From: Octopus vulgaris | Taxonomy: Eukaryota | DNA length: 64,000 bases | Direction: 5' to 3' | Assembly: GCA_951406725.2 (NCBI GenBank) | Contig: OX597829.1 | Location: forward strand, 9,238,001 to 9,302,000 | Shown here: positions 40,010-54,775 of the stretch, piece after piece | Numbering within the stretch: the first letter of the stretch is position 1 | Layout of the letters: the number at the start of each line of letters is the position of its first letter | Translations under genes and position numbers: made by a program | The notes under the pieces: model-generated | What the model saw: the letters and a program-made list of their open reading frames with translations, nothing else | Told to the model about the DNA's origin: nothing | Databases searched by the model: none

Positions 40010-41050
40010 GCAGTAGAACATATTCCTGGTGCAGAGTATTCCTTAATTATATTAATAGCTTGTTTAAAACTTTTTACACATGGATTGTGCATATGCAGTG
40101 CTCTCTGCAAATATAGCAAGACGTTCTCATTAAGGTCACTGTCCGCTCCTTTGAATGACAACCTGTTCCTTATCTCATTTTCAATGTCAACAAAATATAG
40201 CTGTGCGTAGACTGGTTTCCTATTTACTGTTGGTAGAATTCCTATGCGGTTGTACAACTTTCCTTGAATCTTGAAAGTAGGCATAAAAATGCTGCCATCT
40301 GGTGTTACATCTGGAGGATTATCCAGTAAATTATTATCACAAATTTTGTTCAGAAACATTTGACCGCATAGATTAACTTCATAGTATTTAGCTGTTAATT
40401 TTAGGGGCTTTTTATCTGTGGAACTTTGTTATTGCTAGTTTTTCCTTTACCACAGCAGAAGGAAGTTTTCTCAGCACCCCAAAGGTATGCTTTGCACTCA
40501 GGGTATGTTCTGTTAAAAATGTTGCAACATAAGGCATGGGTTTCGTTTCCTCATGAAAATCTGCGACATCAACTTCCATAGCCCTTTCTGTCAGTGTCAG
40601 TTCTTTGCTGACAAAGTCTCGATTGCTATCATACCTGCTTGTTTGCTTGTCGCTGTTGAATTTATGGCAGCGACGGGTTTTCCCTTGAATCCTGTTTCCT
40701 CAGTCGATCAGGATTCCTCCGCTTCTTGTGGTGAATCCATTGCACGACTTTTCTGTGTTCCCATCCAATTCGCATTCCTCCTTGCTTCTGTTTTTTCTGG
40801 TCTTTCTATTGCATGAGCTTTCTCTCTCCTCAGCCAATCTGCATTTCTCCGTGCCTCAGTTTCATCTGGTGTTTCCATTGCACGGGTTTCTTGCATTCAC
40901 TTTATTTCGCCTTGTTTCGAGACACTATCAAGAGCTAGGTCCTTGCCAGTTCTCTTCAATTAGCGTCTGTTGACTTTGCTCAGCGATCTTTTGTGAACGG
41001 AAATTTTTTCGAAACAAGTTCTTGCCCTTTCTTTATCTGCGAATAGTGTA
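40010..41050 (-). mobile_element. Helitron RepHel N-terminal remnant
   Basis: [40 protein letters not shown], upstream PECKAYLWGAEKTSFCCGKGK zinc-finger-like motif, and ETPDETEARR-type repeats (40708-40896). Confidence 0.85.
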
Positions 41051-41829
41051 CTGATGAAAGCGCGAATATTTACGACAATTATACAGTGAAAGTTTTGTGA
41101 CGATTCAACTAGCAATTGAGCTGATTCCTCTGAGCGGCAAGTTTTCGCGGTATTTATTGTAATTATTTAACTTGGTTATTTATTTACAATTACATCACTC
41201 TCGCTAAACTCTGTTTTAAATTTCGCTTTTTATGTCGTTGAATTGCTCTATACCAATTTGACCATAAACATGTCAGAATATTCAGTATTTTTTAAGGTAA
41301 TAATAAAAGTAGTCGAACCTATTTTCCTGCAGTCGAATGCGTAAAGTTTTCGAAATTTTCATATTTTTTACGTCTGCTATTTCAGATTTCTTCGTATGCG
41401 TGAAACATCAGACGAAAATACATTCAATAACATTCAAACACGCAACGACGTAAATAGGCATAACAATAGTTCCGACGGCAGCCCGGCATGAAAATAAGTC
41501 CGAGAAATTTTATTAATATCTTTAAAAAAATACTAAATTTTCAACATTTTTATGGTCAAATTCGTTTAGAGCAATTCAGTATCATAAAACACACTTTTTT
41601 CAAAGTAACACCGATAGAGACATTTGAAAGAAAGCAACCAGTTAAGACAGAAAGAATCAAGAGAAGTAGTAAATGTGTGTGTGTATGTGTGCATGTGTGT
41701 GTGTATGTGTGCATGTGTGTGTGTGTGTGAGTGAGAGAGAGATAGAGTGAGTTCAGTACGTCATATATATTTACATATATATATATGACGTACTGAACTC
41801 ACTCTCTCATACAATGTTACCTCTCATAA

Positions 41830-41940
<111 letters not shown>

Positions 41941-42323
41941 GAGTAACATCAAAGTAATGCCGATGAAGACATGGAAGAGAGTGCAACGGGTTAAGTGAGA
42001 GTGATTTAAGAGAAGCAATAAATATGTAGGAGGGAGAGAGAGAGAGAGTTATGAGAGGTAACTGTGTATGCAATTCTGTCAATTACCACTCCTCACACTA
42101 CAGCTCTCTGTATGAGAAAGTGGCAGTACGCAAGAGGAATAGTATGAGAGGGAGGTAATTCGTTTTATCGGATTTTACGAGAGTGGAACCGGACAGTTTA
42201 ATTTTTGTGAGTTCCGTATAGATGTTGGCACTCCGCGGGTACCCACGGTTCCTCATGCTAAGTTTGATCAAAATTGGCTACAAAGTCAGGGATCGGGTTC
42301 ACATACATTTAGAATGTGTGCAT

Positions 42324-45300
42324 GTTAAGTTAAGTTAAGTTAAGTTAATTTTTTGGCTCAAAAAGCAAAAAGCAAGGCCATGTAGGGGGACATGGATTTA
42401 TGTACAGGGAGGGTGTTCATGCAAAGAGTTCAGGCCATTTCTTGTCAAGAGAGACTTTGAACCGAGCGGTTGTCGGCATCTTCACTATCTCGTCCGGCAG
42501 CTTATTCCACGGATCCGTAATCCGGACGGAGAAATCCCTTCTCCTTCGATTGAGATGAAATCGTGGCAGATAGAGCTTTTCGGAGTGACCCCGCAGCCGA
42601 CGCTCTGGAGCAGGAGTGAAGAACAGCTCTTTCGAGAGGTTACACTTTCCGCTTATGATGTTGTGAGCAAGAATGAGATCACCACGGCGTCGTCGTTTTT
42701 CTAGAGAATAAAGGTCGAGCGTCTTCAGCCTTTCTTCATAAGACAAATGCTTGAGATCAAGAACCATGCGGGTAGCCAGCTTCTGGACTCTTTCGAGATG
42801 ATGTATGTCTTTGAGGAGATAAGGAGAAGAGGCTTGAATCCCGTATTCCAATATGGGTCTCACCAGCGTGACATAGAGCGGTAGGAATATGGCTGCTGTG
42901 AGCATTCCGAATGACCGTCGAATCAAAAACAGAACTCCGCGGGCTTTGTTGGCAGCATGGACGCACTGGGCCGAAGGCAAAAAGGAGGAATCCACCAAGA
43001 TACCCAGGTCTTTTACCTGGTCTGTCTTCTCCAGCAGCAGACGACCCGGCTCGAAATCAAGATGAGTTGCAGGAGAAGAGCCAACAGGCAGATGACAGCA
43101 CTTTGACACCTTCAGACACAGGTCCCATTCGTTAGACCATCTCCAAACTTGGTGGAGGCATCGACGAAGATCCTCTATATCACCGCGAGGAGCGACCAGT
43201 TTGACATCATCGGCAAATAGAAGGGTGTGTTGCGTGAGGTAATCGGGCAAGCCATTTAGGAAGACTAAGAACAATAAGGGCCCAAGCACTGAACATTGAG
43301 GCACGCCACTGCTCGTACTGGAGACGTCGGACAGCGAACCATTAACTTGGACTCGGAAGAAGCGATCTGAGAGGAAGGCACTGGATGGAAACTATATGCT
43401 TGAAGCTTGACAAGTAATAGGCGGTGGTTTACCGAGTCAAAAGCTTTGGCAAGGTCCAATAAACGATGTCAACAGCATCACTATCATCGAGGATGCGCGT
43501 CACCAATTCTTCCATTACCAGTAAGTTGGTCAAGCATGATCTCTTCGGCACGAAGCCGTGTTGGGAATCAGAGATAGAGTCTGTGTTTTGGAGGTGGAGC
43601 AACATACTTTTCTTAAGGATGGTTTCGAACATCTTGCTGATTATTGAAGTAAGGGAAACCGGTCGGTAGTTAAGCGGATCTTCGCGGCTCCCTTTCTTGA
43701 AAATTGGGCAGATTAACGCTGTTCTCCAGTCTGCAGGTATAACACCCGTCGCCAATGACATATTGAATAGAAGTGTTAAAGGCTCGCAGATGACCGGAGC
43801 CAACGCTTTGATAACCTGTGGGTGTATGCCGTCAGGGCCATGACCCTTGTTGACATCGAGACCTTGAATAACGCGTTCGACTTCGTCCCGCGTGATGACC
43901 AATCTAAGCATTGGAGGTACCGATCTATCAAATGGAGGGGGTTCACAACTATCATCTTGTTTGAAAATAGTTGAAAAAGCCTCGGCGAATAACTGACTGT
44001 TGATAAGGGTCCTCAATCGATACGCCTGTTGAGTCTACCAACGTTGCAATTTGGTTGTTGAAGCGGGAATTCCGTTGGACATGGGCAAAGAAGGTTTTTG
44101 GATTGCGACTGGCGTTTGCCGCGATTCTGTATTCATATCTGAAGCGTTCTTCCTTTTTAATTTTCACGGCTCGGTCTCGTTGAGTTTCGTACACCTCAAA
44201 AGCTGCAGTCGAATCTAGATTTTTGAATTCAGCCCAAGCAATATCTCTGAGTCGAAGTTCTCGTTTAACCTTCTTCGTCACCCAGGGCCTGTGTTTATTC
44301 TTCTTGGGAAGCCCAACGGGAACTGCTTGGTCAGTCAACCAGATTACATATGCTTTGAGTGACGACCATAGTTCGTCAACTGAGGACATCGTCATCAGGG
44401 ATCGCCAGTCCAGAAGCGCGGAAGCCACGGTTAGAATTTCAAGATTGATTGCAGCGAAGTAGTCGTGGGCGTAGAAAAAGTTGCGTGCATGACGAACTTC
44501 AGGACCGCATGATCACTCTTGGCAAGAGGGGCGCACACAGATAAACCTGACACTGATCTTGGATAGCGGGAGAATACCAGATCCAGAATAGATCGCTGCT
44601 GCCCAGACCGATGCCTTGTCGGATATTCAACATGTTGCGATAGAAAACAATCTTCAGCCACGTCAAGAAGGGCCTTGCCGAAACGAGAAGATGATGTACA
44701 AATTGATGCGGGCCAATCGATCGTGGGAGCGTTGGAGTCTCCTAATATCAAACAGTCATGAGAAGCTGAAATGAATCTTATCGCTTCGAGTAAATGAGCA
44801 TCGTCCTGGGGGTCGGCAAGAGGCGGCCTGTAGACAGCTAACACGGGCAGGCAAAACCCGGATAGGCTCAGCTTGCAATAGACGGCATCAAATTTTGTTG
44901 TAGGTTGAGCATTAGTGAGTAGAATACCGCTGGACAGTTTGAGATCAGATTTAACATACACAGCAACACCTCCACCTCGCCTTTTTTCTCTATCACGTCT
45001 GAAGAGGGCGTAGCCCTGCAGGTGGATTTCCGAGTCCTTTACTGCTGGAGTCAGCCAAGTCTTGGTGATAGCTATCACATATGGGGAATCACGCATTGCC
45101 AGTGTAAATAATTCGCTGAACTTTGGAAATAAGGAGCACGAGTTGGTATTGACGATGCTGAGCTGTGCAGTTTGAGGGGCGGGAATTAAGGAACAAGCAT
45201 AATAAGGGGTATCAGAGATAGCATCGTTGACGGGGGTATCTACTTTACTTCGATTCGCCCTCGATTCACTTTCCCTGTCAGCACTACAGCATGCGACCAG

Positions 45301-45900
45301 AGGTAGGACTTGATTATTTGTCCATCTTCGATGCGTAAACCCTTCTCTCCTATCTGTTTTCTCATCTTCAGTCCGGATATTAGGTTTCTCCGGCGAATTC
45401 TCTCTCTCAGTGAGTATTCCTCGTGAAAACCCATATTGGGGTCCTCCCAGGCATGCTTCTGAGCTCTGTTCAGAAAGGTTGAAGCCTCCTGATCGGAAGA
45501 AAATATTACTCTTATTGGGCGTGGTCTAGAGTCTGAGGTTGAGTTCACTTGGAATCTTCCTAGCCGAGCGACCTTATGGATACTGACATTTTCGTTGACA
45601 GAGAACAATTCTCCAACTAAAACGGAAACAAAATTTATGTCATCTTTTAGGCGGTTGATGCCTGTATCACAGGTGGATTCAGCTTTACCATAAATGATTG
45701 CTGATCTTGAGTGGGCAAAATGGTCTTTCTGTTCTCTACTATGAGCAGCGGCATTCGATTCTTCATCGGATAATTTAGAAAGGGTGGTTTCATAGCCATC
45801 AAACTTATGTAGGCCTTTGGGGTCGATCGGAATGGGTTTAGTGGTCATAACTTTCCCGCCTGGTTAGGAACTGCACTGCCTCTTCTTCGGTTTGGATATG
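42324..45900 (-). mobile_element. CR1/L2-group LINE (ORF1 remnant + APE endonuclease + RT), disrupted
   Basis: ORF1-like 45240-45848 (RLGR..RPRPIRV). APE 44431-45096 (ITKTWL, RRDR..GGGV, LDL, SDH). RT KGHGPDGI, NYRPVSLTS, QHGF, DLAKAFDSV, PQCSVLGP, FADD. 3' tail (TTAAC)5 at 42324-42348. Confidence 0.93.
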
Positions 45901-46406
45901 CACCACTCCCCAGATGAACTCACATCAAGATCATTCAGAATTGGTTGAGCAATGGCATTGATGGGAAGGACAAATGAGGGAGAATCCAAACAGATTTCAT
46001 GCCACTTTCCAGCAAGTTACTTTGGTGCAAATCGTAGAATTCTTGGTTTGTTAAAATTCCGAGTTCGACTTGCATCAAAGCAGCTGGCGGAATTATTTTT
46101 TTCTACTCAGGTTTTATTACTTCCGCAAAATTTGTCATATAGAAAATTCGAGAACGACAGATAATGTATTATTCTTGTATAATAGTTTTGAAAGAAATAT
46201 TAATACTCATTGAATCCTGTGGTTATATTTTATGTCTGCATTATAAAATTTCCGGAATACACTATTAATATACGCCTATCACAGTGTATTACGCACCGGA
46301 CTGTCATACAGATGAATGGTTTTTCTTTGCATATCAAGAGGTTCAATCGAATGGAATATAATTTTAATAAATGCGATTTCCAGGTATTAAAACTACTTCC
46401 GGAGTA

Positions 46407-46608
46407 CATTATTTACATCATTTACATTATTTACATTAGACGGATATGTTCTTATCTTGTTTGTTGTTAACACAACGTTTCGGCTGATATACCCTCCAGC
46501 CTTCTTCAGGTGTCTTGTGGGAATTTCGAACCTGGGTTCTCAAATATCCGTCGAATGTAAATAATGTAAATAATGAACAGAATTCGTCATCTCTTTAATA
46601 TAGAACTG
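46407..46608 (-). mobile_element. 202 bp HHR-containing insertion with 13 bp target-site duplication
   Basis: tacttccggagta at 46394-46406 and 46609-46621; internal inverted repeats (cattatttacat..gacggatat / atatccgtc..atgtaaataatg). Confidence 0.85.
46469..46514 (-). ncRNA. Minimal type I hammerhead ribozyme
   Basis: GACAC-CUGAAGA-A-GGCUG..CAGCC-GAAAC-GUU-GUGUU; palindromic AACGUU stem III. Confidence 0.8.
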
Positions 46609-47624
46609 TACTTCCGGAGTATTCTCTCAAATATATGTGTATGTGTATACATGTGCATATATTTGCATATGTGTGTATATATTTGTTTGCATGTACACAT
46701 GCGTGTGTGTATGACCATGTGTGTGTGTATGTTTGCGTTGTGTTTCCGTGCGTATGTGTATATATGCGTATGTAAACGTATCAGCATAGAATGATGCCGC
46801 AATTTATGAGGAAATTTCATGCTTATTCCCAGCGTGCTACTTTAGTATAAATAATACAACTCTTGAGATTGGAATTCTGAATCGTGAGTTCACTTAATAT
46901 GAAAGCCGCGCGTAGAATTTCATTTTCACTTAAATTTTGTATTTCTGGATCTTTTGTGATATATTTCGCATAAATAATTTCAAGAATAAAAGATAAAATA
47001 TCTTTAACATTTTGAAATTAAATAAATATTGCATTTATACTCATTAAATCCCAGCACACACGGAATTCTTTGTTAGTAGAGAGTGTCTAATTTAGACTCG
47101 AAATCGTACCTTGCTTGTAGTATTAAGTCGCATGTTGGAAATAGGGATCAAATTTTAGCTATTTTAGCTCCAGACTTCCCTACCTTTATACACACGCACA
47201 CACCCATATATACATACACACAGACATACACACACGCACACACACATATTGAATTTGAATATTCTGCATGAATAATGTTTTCACTTCGTGGTATATACTT
47301 TAGTTATTTCAAGTTAAATTGTGACAAAATAATCTTTGATTTTTCATTTTCGATGTTTATAACGTAAATACCAAACCAAGTACATGAGTTGATGGAATTG
47401 GCTGAGCCACATCTATGCAATAGCAGCGCCCATGCATTTTACTTGTACTCTCTGGACTGTATGGATTTGGAGTTCAGCTCGCTTTCGCAGTCACATGGCT
47501 ACAATCCGAAATCAGAAACTAGTAAAAGATTAAAAACAAACGCATATATGCATGTATGTATGTATGTATGTATGTATGTATGTATGTATGTATGTATGTA
47601 TGTATGTATGTATGTATGTATGTA

Positions 47625-47678
<54 letters not shown>

Positions 47679-47917
47679 CGCTGTTCACTTTCTCTTTCTA
47701 ATTTAGGTTAAATTTTATCTGGCCACCGATTTGGTAGGAAGTTTGTGAAAGAAGGTGTCTTGATATAGCCGTAATCGTTTAAATGTTGAGCTCTTACAGA
47801 AATTTACAGTTCCAGATTTGGTGATCCTTTGAAGTATATGAATAAAGGATTCCATTCTCTCCAAAACAAACCGAGTTCATTCATACTTTGTTCTGGACAT
47901 ACAAATATATATTCATT

Positions 47918-47951
<34 letters not shown>

Positions 47952-48366
47952 AAGAGAGAGAGTGTGGGAGAGAGAGTGAGAGAAAAGGAAAGAGAGAGAG
48001 AGAGAAAGAGATTTATGTATGTGTATGTGGGTGCATGTAAGCGAGAGGCTGACCAAAAAATGGCTAGAGAAATATACACACACATAGACATGCGAGAGAG
48101 AGAGAGTGAGAGAGTGTGTGTGTGTATTGTATATGAGTGTGCGTATGTGTGTGTGTGTGTGTATGTGTAATATAAACAGTAAAATAGAATTGACACATGT
48201 ATGTAATTATTAACAATCGGTAAAAATCGGCCACAATTTTTGTCTTTGCACATGATCGTGCCAATACACAAAACTCTAGACCCTTGATCGCTCTGTTACT
48301 TCAGCCGAACAATACTAAAAAACAAACAAACAAACAAAGAAGCGAATAAATAAATAAATAAATAAA

Positions 48367-48525
48367 TGCGCGCAGGTTGGCTGTATGATAAGGAGTTGTA
48401 TCCCAACCGACTAGCTCCACGTTCATCCTCACTGCATAGAGGACGAGTGTCCTCTATAGCACCGGCTTGACTAAAGCACCGTGATTAAATATTGGTAGAC
48501 AGAAGCGGAAATAATCACGTTGTAT
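48367..48525 (+). mobile_element. Diverged SINE family A 5' fragment
   Basis: gcgcaggttggctgtatgataagg..cccaacc..ctatagc..ttggtagac. Confidence 0.5.
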
Positions 48526-48549
48526 ACACACACACACACTCGTATATAT

Positions 48550-49486
<937 letters not shown>

Positions 49487-49689
49487 TTATATTTATATAT
49501 ATATATATATTTATATTTATAGTTATGCATAAATGTATGTGTATTTTTTCAATGTGTACAAATAACACGGAAAAAAAATTAAATAGCAGGGAAGCAAAAA
49601 TTCGCATAAGTGCCAAGGATATTACACCCTATTCATAAAGGTAGAAATTCCAGTGTTTAGTGAAATGTTTTTTATATAACATGACTAAA

Positions 49690-50805
49690 TGAAGACATGG
49701 AGTCAAACGCAGGTGTTATTCAAATCATTTATACTTCCAACTTATGTTTTGAAGAAGACATTGAGATTATTCCGGAGGGAATAAAATGATGTAAGACAAT
49801 TCAATCATCTCGTCAGGTCAAAGAAGAAGGAAAAAAACACATCAATAAGCCATTTTAACCGATTATAATTATCGCGCGTGGAGGCGGGTGGCTTAGTTGT
49901 TAGGGTGTCAGCATCGTGATCGTAAGATTGTGGTTTCGATTCCTGGACCGGGCAACGCGTTGTATTCTTGAACAAAACACTTCATTTCACGTTACTCCAG
50001 TCCACTCAGTTGGCAAAAATTAGTAACGCTGCGATGGGGAACACATATGCCATAGAAACCAGGAAACCGGGGCCATGAGCCTGGCTAGGCTTTGAAAGGG
50101 CGCATTTATTTTTTTATGATTATCGCATATTTGATGAAGGGGAACGCTGGTAAGTTATTTTTTTTAAAAACCGTTAATAGATTTAATGTCAAAGGTAATT
50201 TAGAGAAAGAGAAGAAAGAGAAAGAAAGAAAGAAAGAAAGAAATTAACAGAAAATACGACAAAAGCTAACTCTTTTGGTTCGCTCCGCAAGGAAAAACAA
50301 TTTCTCATCTTTTTCTCGGTGAATAAAGAACGCATTTATCGTTGCAAACATTGGCAAAAACATACATTTAGTTCCTATAAGTAATTTCCACCAATCTATA
50401 AAATTCTACCTTTAACTGTCTTCTTCCGTTTCATTTCCACTACAGACATCTATTTTCCCGCCTTTAAGCTTTATTCCCATTCATCTCTCACACTTAATTT
50501 TCTGTTAATTTCTTTCTTTCTCCTTCTCTTTCTCTAAATTACCTTTGACCTTAAATCTATAAACGGTTTTTGAAAAAATAACTTGCTAGCGTTTCCCTTC
50601 ATCATATACGCGGTAATCACAGTCGGTTATATATATATATATGATGTACGTATATATGCATTCATGCACGTATGTATTTTTACCCTGACGAGATGAATGC
50701 ATTGTTTTACATCATTTTTATTCCCTCCGGAATAATCTCAATGCGTTCATCGAAACATATGTTGCAAGTATAATTGATTTGAATAACACTTATGTTTGAC
50801 GCATT
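49690..50805. mobile_element. Inverted pair of HHR-bearing pLTR-like repeats, left arm interrupted by a SINE
   Basis: 49700-49820 versus 50683-50805 and 50115-50255 versus 50497-50620 are reverse complements. HHR core at 50685-50763 (CUGACGA-GAUGAAUGCAUUG..CAAUGCGUUCAUC-GAAAC-AUAU-GUU). Confidence 0.75.
49877..50105 (+). mobile_element. tRNA-SINE family B copy
   Basis: cgtggaggcgggtggcttagttgttaggg..ggtttcgattcctggaccggg..cttgaacaaaacacttcatttcac. Confidence 0.8.
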
Positions 50806-50939
50806 TCGTAATCTCTAGCTGTGTGGCAATAGTCACTGATAAATACATATATATATATATACGTATGTAGTATGTGTGTGTATATATATATGTATGTGTA
50901 TATGCATGAATGCATCTATGTATGTATGTGTGTAGTATG

Positions 50940-51460
50940 TAATCGGCGGTTCGGCAAACAGTAACCAACAGAATAAGAGCCAGGCTTTTAAATTAAGTAA
51001 GGGCGTTGGTTCGTTCGACGAAAACTTTCAGGGTGGTGACCTGCTATGACCGCAGTTCAATCACTGAAAGAGGCAAAAGAGCTGAAAGGCATACACACAC
51101 ATATGTAACCGCATGGGTCCGAGTTTATTTCGATTGCGTAGCACCTTGGGTAAGTGTTTTCTCCTATAACCTCTGACTGAACAAAACCTTGCGAGTGGAT
51201 TTAAACGGAAACTGAATAAATCCCGTCTCATATGTGTATGTCTGATTCCTTGTATCTGTGTATGTGTGTGTGTGTGTGTGTTTATTCTCCTCCAATGCTT
51301 GACATACGGTCTTGGTGTGTTTAAGTCTCCGTAACTCAGAACGATAGAATAAGTAGCAGGCTTAAGAAAAAGGACTTGGGTCGTTTCAATCAACTAAGAT
51401 TCTTCGAGTGCGCTGGCATCGCTGCTGTCTTATAACTGAAGCAAGCAAAAGATAACGAAT
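50940..51460 (+). mobile_element. Two diverged SINE family A fragments
   Basis: gcggttcggcaaa..agaataag; gcaccttgggtaagtgttt..gagtggattt..gatagaataagta. Confidence 0.6.
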
Positions 51461-51490
51461 ATATACACATATTGCGTGTCTACGTGTATA

Positions 51491-51634
51491 TCGTAAAATA
51501 TAACTGCCAACTAAATGTGGCAGCCCCATAGTGGACGAGGTTACTGTTGTTTTTAATCCCAATAAGTCTAAAAACAACAGTAGCATCGTCCTCTATGGGA
51601 GGACCACATTTAGTTGGTAATTATATTTTACGAT
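51491..51634. repeat. Imperfect hairpin (MITE-like)
   Basis: atcgtaaaatataactgccaactaaatgtgg / ccacatttagttggtaattatattttacgat, with inner tactgttgttttta / taaaaacaacagta. Confidence 0.8.
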
Positions 51635-51691
51635 TCCGTACTGCTACTGTTTACTTCTCGCTCAGAGATTAAATATTCTCTCTCTCTCTCT

Positions 51692-51754
<63 letters not shown>

Positions 51755-51941
51755 CATATATGTATGTAAGTATGCGTGCATTTTTGTATGTACTGATGTA
51801 GGTATTTATGCATTGATATGTACATACGCCAATGCATCCAATTATTTCAAAATCCTACAATGCAATCGAATAATTCAAGACAAGCACGACTCAAATGGTC
51901 ACTTTTTTCTTCTCGTACACATCTATCGATTTGAACGGGAG

Positions 51942-52071
<130 letters not shown>

Positions 52072-52444
52072 GTATGTATGTGTTTTTGACAGTCAATAAT
52101 CCACATTGCTTGTATCATTACCTAGACTTACTCTAACATTACCAGCACCATTACCACCACCACCACCACCGCCACCACAATATCCACCACCATCACGATT
52201 CTTAGAATGCACCTATGTATAGGATTGGTGAGTTAAAACAAACAAGAACAAAAAGAAGAAAGCAATAAGAACAAAAACAATTAAAATAAATTAAAATATA
52301 AAAGGAAACAAAAATGATAAAGGAAAAAAAATAAAGTAGTCCTGTCAACTCAGTAAAAAAAAAAGAAAAATGTCCCCTCCCCCGCTCCTTCTTTAAAAAA
52401 ATCGAAAACAAAAACAAAAATTTCTTTGTCTGATTTTCTTTTTA

Positions 52445-52643
52445 GCACATGTTAAGCTCCAATAGGGTGGTGGCGTTCCCAAACGGAGCGGAAACAGAAT
52501 CGAACAACTTCCGTTCGCTGCTAATACATTTGAGTGTTTTACAGTGTTCTAGGACGATGAGTATGTAGCTATGTACCCGTTGCTACTTACAACATGGCGG
52601 TTTAGCTTATGAATACGGTTTAGATCCTAATATCGTCCGGCAG

Positions 52644-52645
<2 letters not shown>
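52445..52645. promoter_or_regulatory. Candidate promoter/first-exon region
   Basis: Locally CpG-rich unique sequence with an ETS-like acttccg (52507-52513) and YY1-like aacatggcgg (52591-52600); minus strand reads gccATGTT|gtaagt. Confidence 0.3.
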
Positions 52646-52738
<93 letters not shown>

Positions 52739-53305
52739 TATTATTATTTTCATTATTATTATTATTATTACATATACATATATATATATATATATATATG
52801 CAATTTTATTTAGTATGCGTGTTTTTTCTTAATTTGCTTTCTTTTAGCTTTTTTGTTTGTTTATTGTTCTCCTTCTTTCTTTCATTCTTTCTTTTTCATT
52901 CTTTCTTTTTCCCTAATAGGTTCATATCTGTTTTATGACTATGAATGAATGAATGAATGATCGAATAAATTAATGAATGAGTATTGGGCGTTGTGGGTAT
53001 GTGTCGGGGGTCGGGTGAGCAGGCGGACGAAGAGTAAAAGAGGTTCAATAGGTAATGGTGAATATAGCCTTGTTTTTGTCCTTCGCTTCTGTTGCTGGAG
53101 CTTATTTATTTATTTATTTATTTTCGCATAAACACATAGAGTCACGCATACGCATACACGGGCGATCGCGCGCGTGCACGCACACACCCACATACATGCA
53201 CACACACATATATACGTGCATTCAAACAAATATATACATATATATATATATATTATATATTTATATATATTATATATACACATATGTGTGTGTGTGTGAA
53301 TGTGC

Positions 53306-53343
<38 letters not shown>

Positions 53344-53376
53344 TAGATAGATAGATAGATAGACAGACAGGCAGTC

Positions 53377-53415
<39 letters not shown>

Positions 53416-53418
53416 TAG

Positions 53419-53452
<34 letters not shown>

Positions 53453-54141
53453 AGGGGGGAATAGATAGATAGACAGATAGATAGATAAATTGAGAGAGAG
53501 GGAGGGGAGATATATAGAGGTATGTATATATATAATATACACACGCACACACAGGCAGACTGAGATGTACTCATGTGCGTTTGTGTATGTATGTGTATGT
53601 ATGTGCGTGTGCGTGTGCGTGTGTGTGCGTGCATTCGCGCGCTTGAGTTCATATGTGTAATTCTAATGACTAGTTGATTTATTTCTCTCCCCCCCCCTCC
53701 TCGCGCCTTCCATTCACTCTTACACGCACACAACACAACACAGTCTTGAGTCAACATCGGTTTTTATTATTTTCTATTTACTGGATGTTATTTAGCGAAG
53801 CATAACTGATGTCTGTCTCTTAAACCACTTATCTTTTTCCTTCCACCAACATCTCCTAAAGTTCACTTCCACAAAATCAAATCAATTAGATAAATAAATT
53901 TCAGAAATTAGGTTCCTCCAAGACTTTCCACTATTTCTCAAGACAGCAGTAGGTCGTACAGTTATTTATTGCTCTTTGCATTTCCTGGCTCTGAAGCTTT
54001 TCCATTCTACACGGACAACTGAAGCTCAAGTGTCTTTTTTTCTCACTTAATGAATCAAGCTTCCTTAAAAAGCCTCGATATGTGCGTACGTGTCATTTTC
54101 TGTGTGTGTGCGTGCGCGCGCACACACGCACGTGCGTGTCT

Positions 54142-54178
<37 letters not shown>

Positions 54179-54258
54179 CAGACATACATCTACATACATT
54201 CTTGCATACAGGCACATACACGCACTCATACACAAACACATACACATCTTTATATATT

Positions 54259-54419
54259 GAGCGCAGATGTGGCTGTGTGGTAAGAAGTTTACTTCCTAAC
54301 TACACGGTTCCAGGTTCAGTGCCACTGCGTGGCACCTTGGGCAGCTGTCCCTTACTATAATCTCGGGCCGACCAGAGCCTTGTGAGTGTTTATGGTAGAC
54401 GAAGCTGAAAGAAGATTGT

Positions 54420-54425
<6 letters not shown>
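54259..54425 (+). mobile_element. SINE family A 5' half
   Basis: gtggctgtgtggtaagaag..ggttccaggttcagtgccactgcgtggcaccttgggca. Confidence 0.8.
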
Positions 54426-54461
<36 letters not shown>

Positions 54462-54542
54462 CATATATATATGTGTGTGTGTATATGTATATATATATAT
54501 ACATACATATATATAAATATGCTTATGAATAAATATACAAAT

Positions 54543-54602
<60 letters not shown>

Positions 54603-54775
54603 TACAAAGTGAGATAGCGGTTATGAGTGAAACCCACTATGGGATATCAGTTATCCAATATACTGCTAATGAAGTACCCAAAAGGCAAATACATAAATGC
54701 TTATAATTGCAATGCAATTAATTCATTTATTATATCGGATGGGCGAAAGTAAAATATTTTACCTCAAATTCATAA

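Noticed and set aside
39475-40359. 294 aa ORF as a host gene
   Set aside because: Only the first ~110 aa are Helitron RepHel-like; the rest reads through microsatellites and a repeat arm
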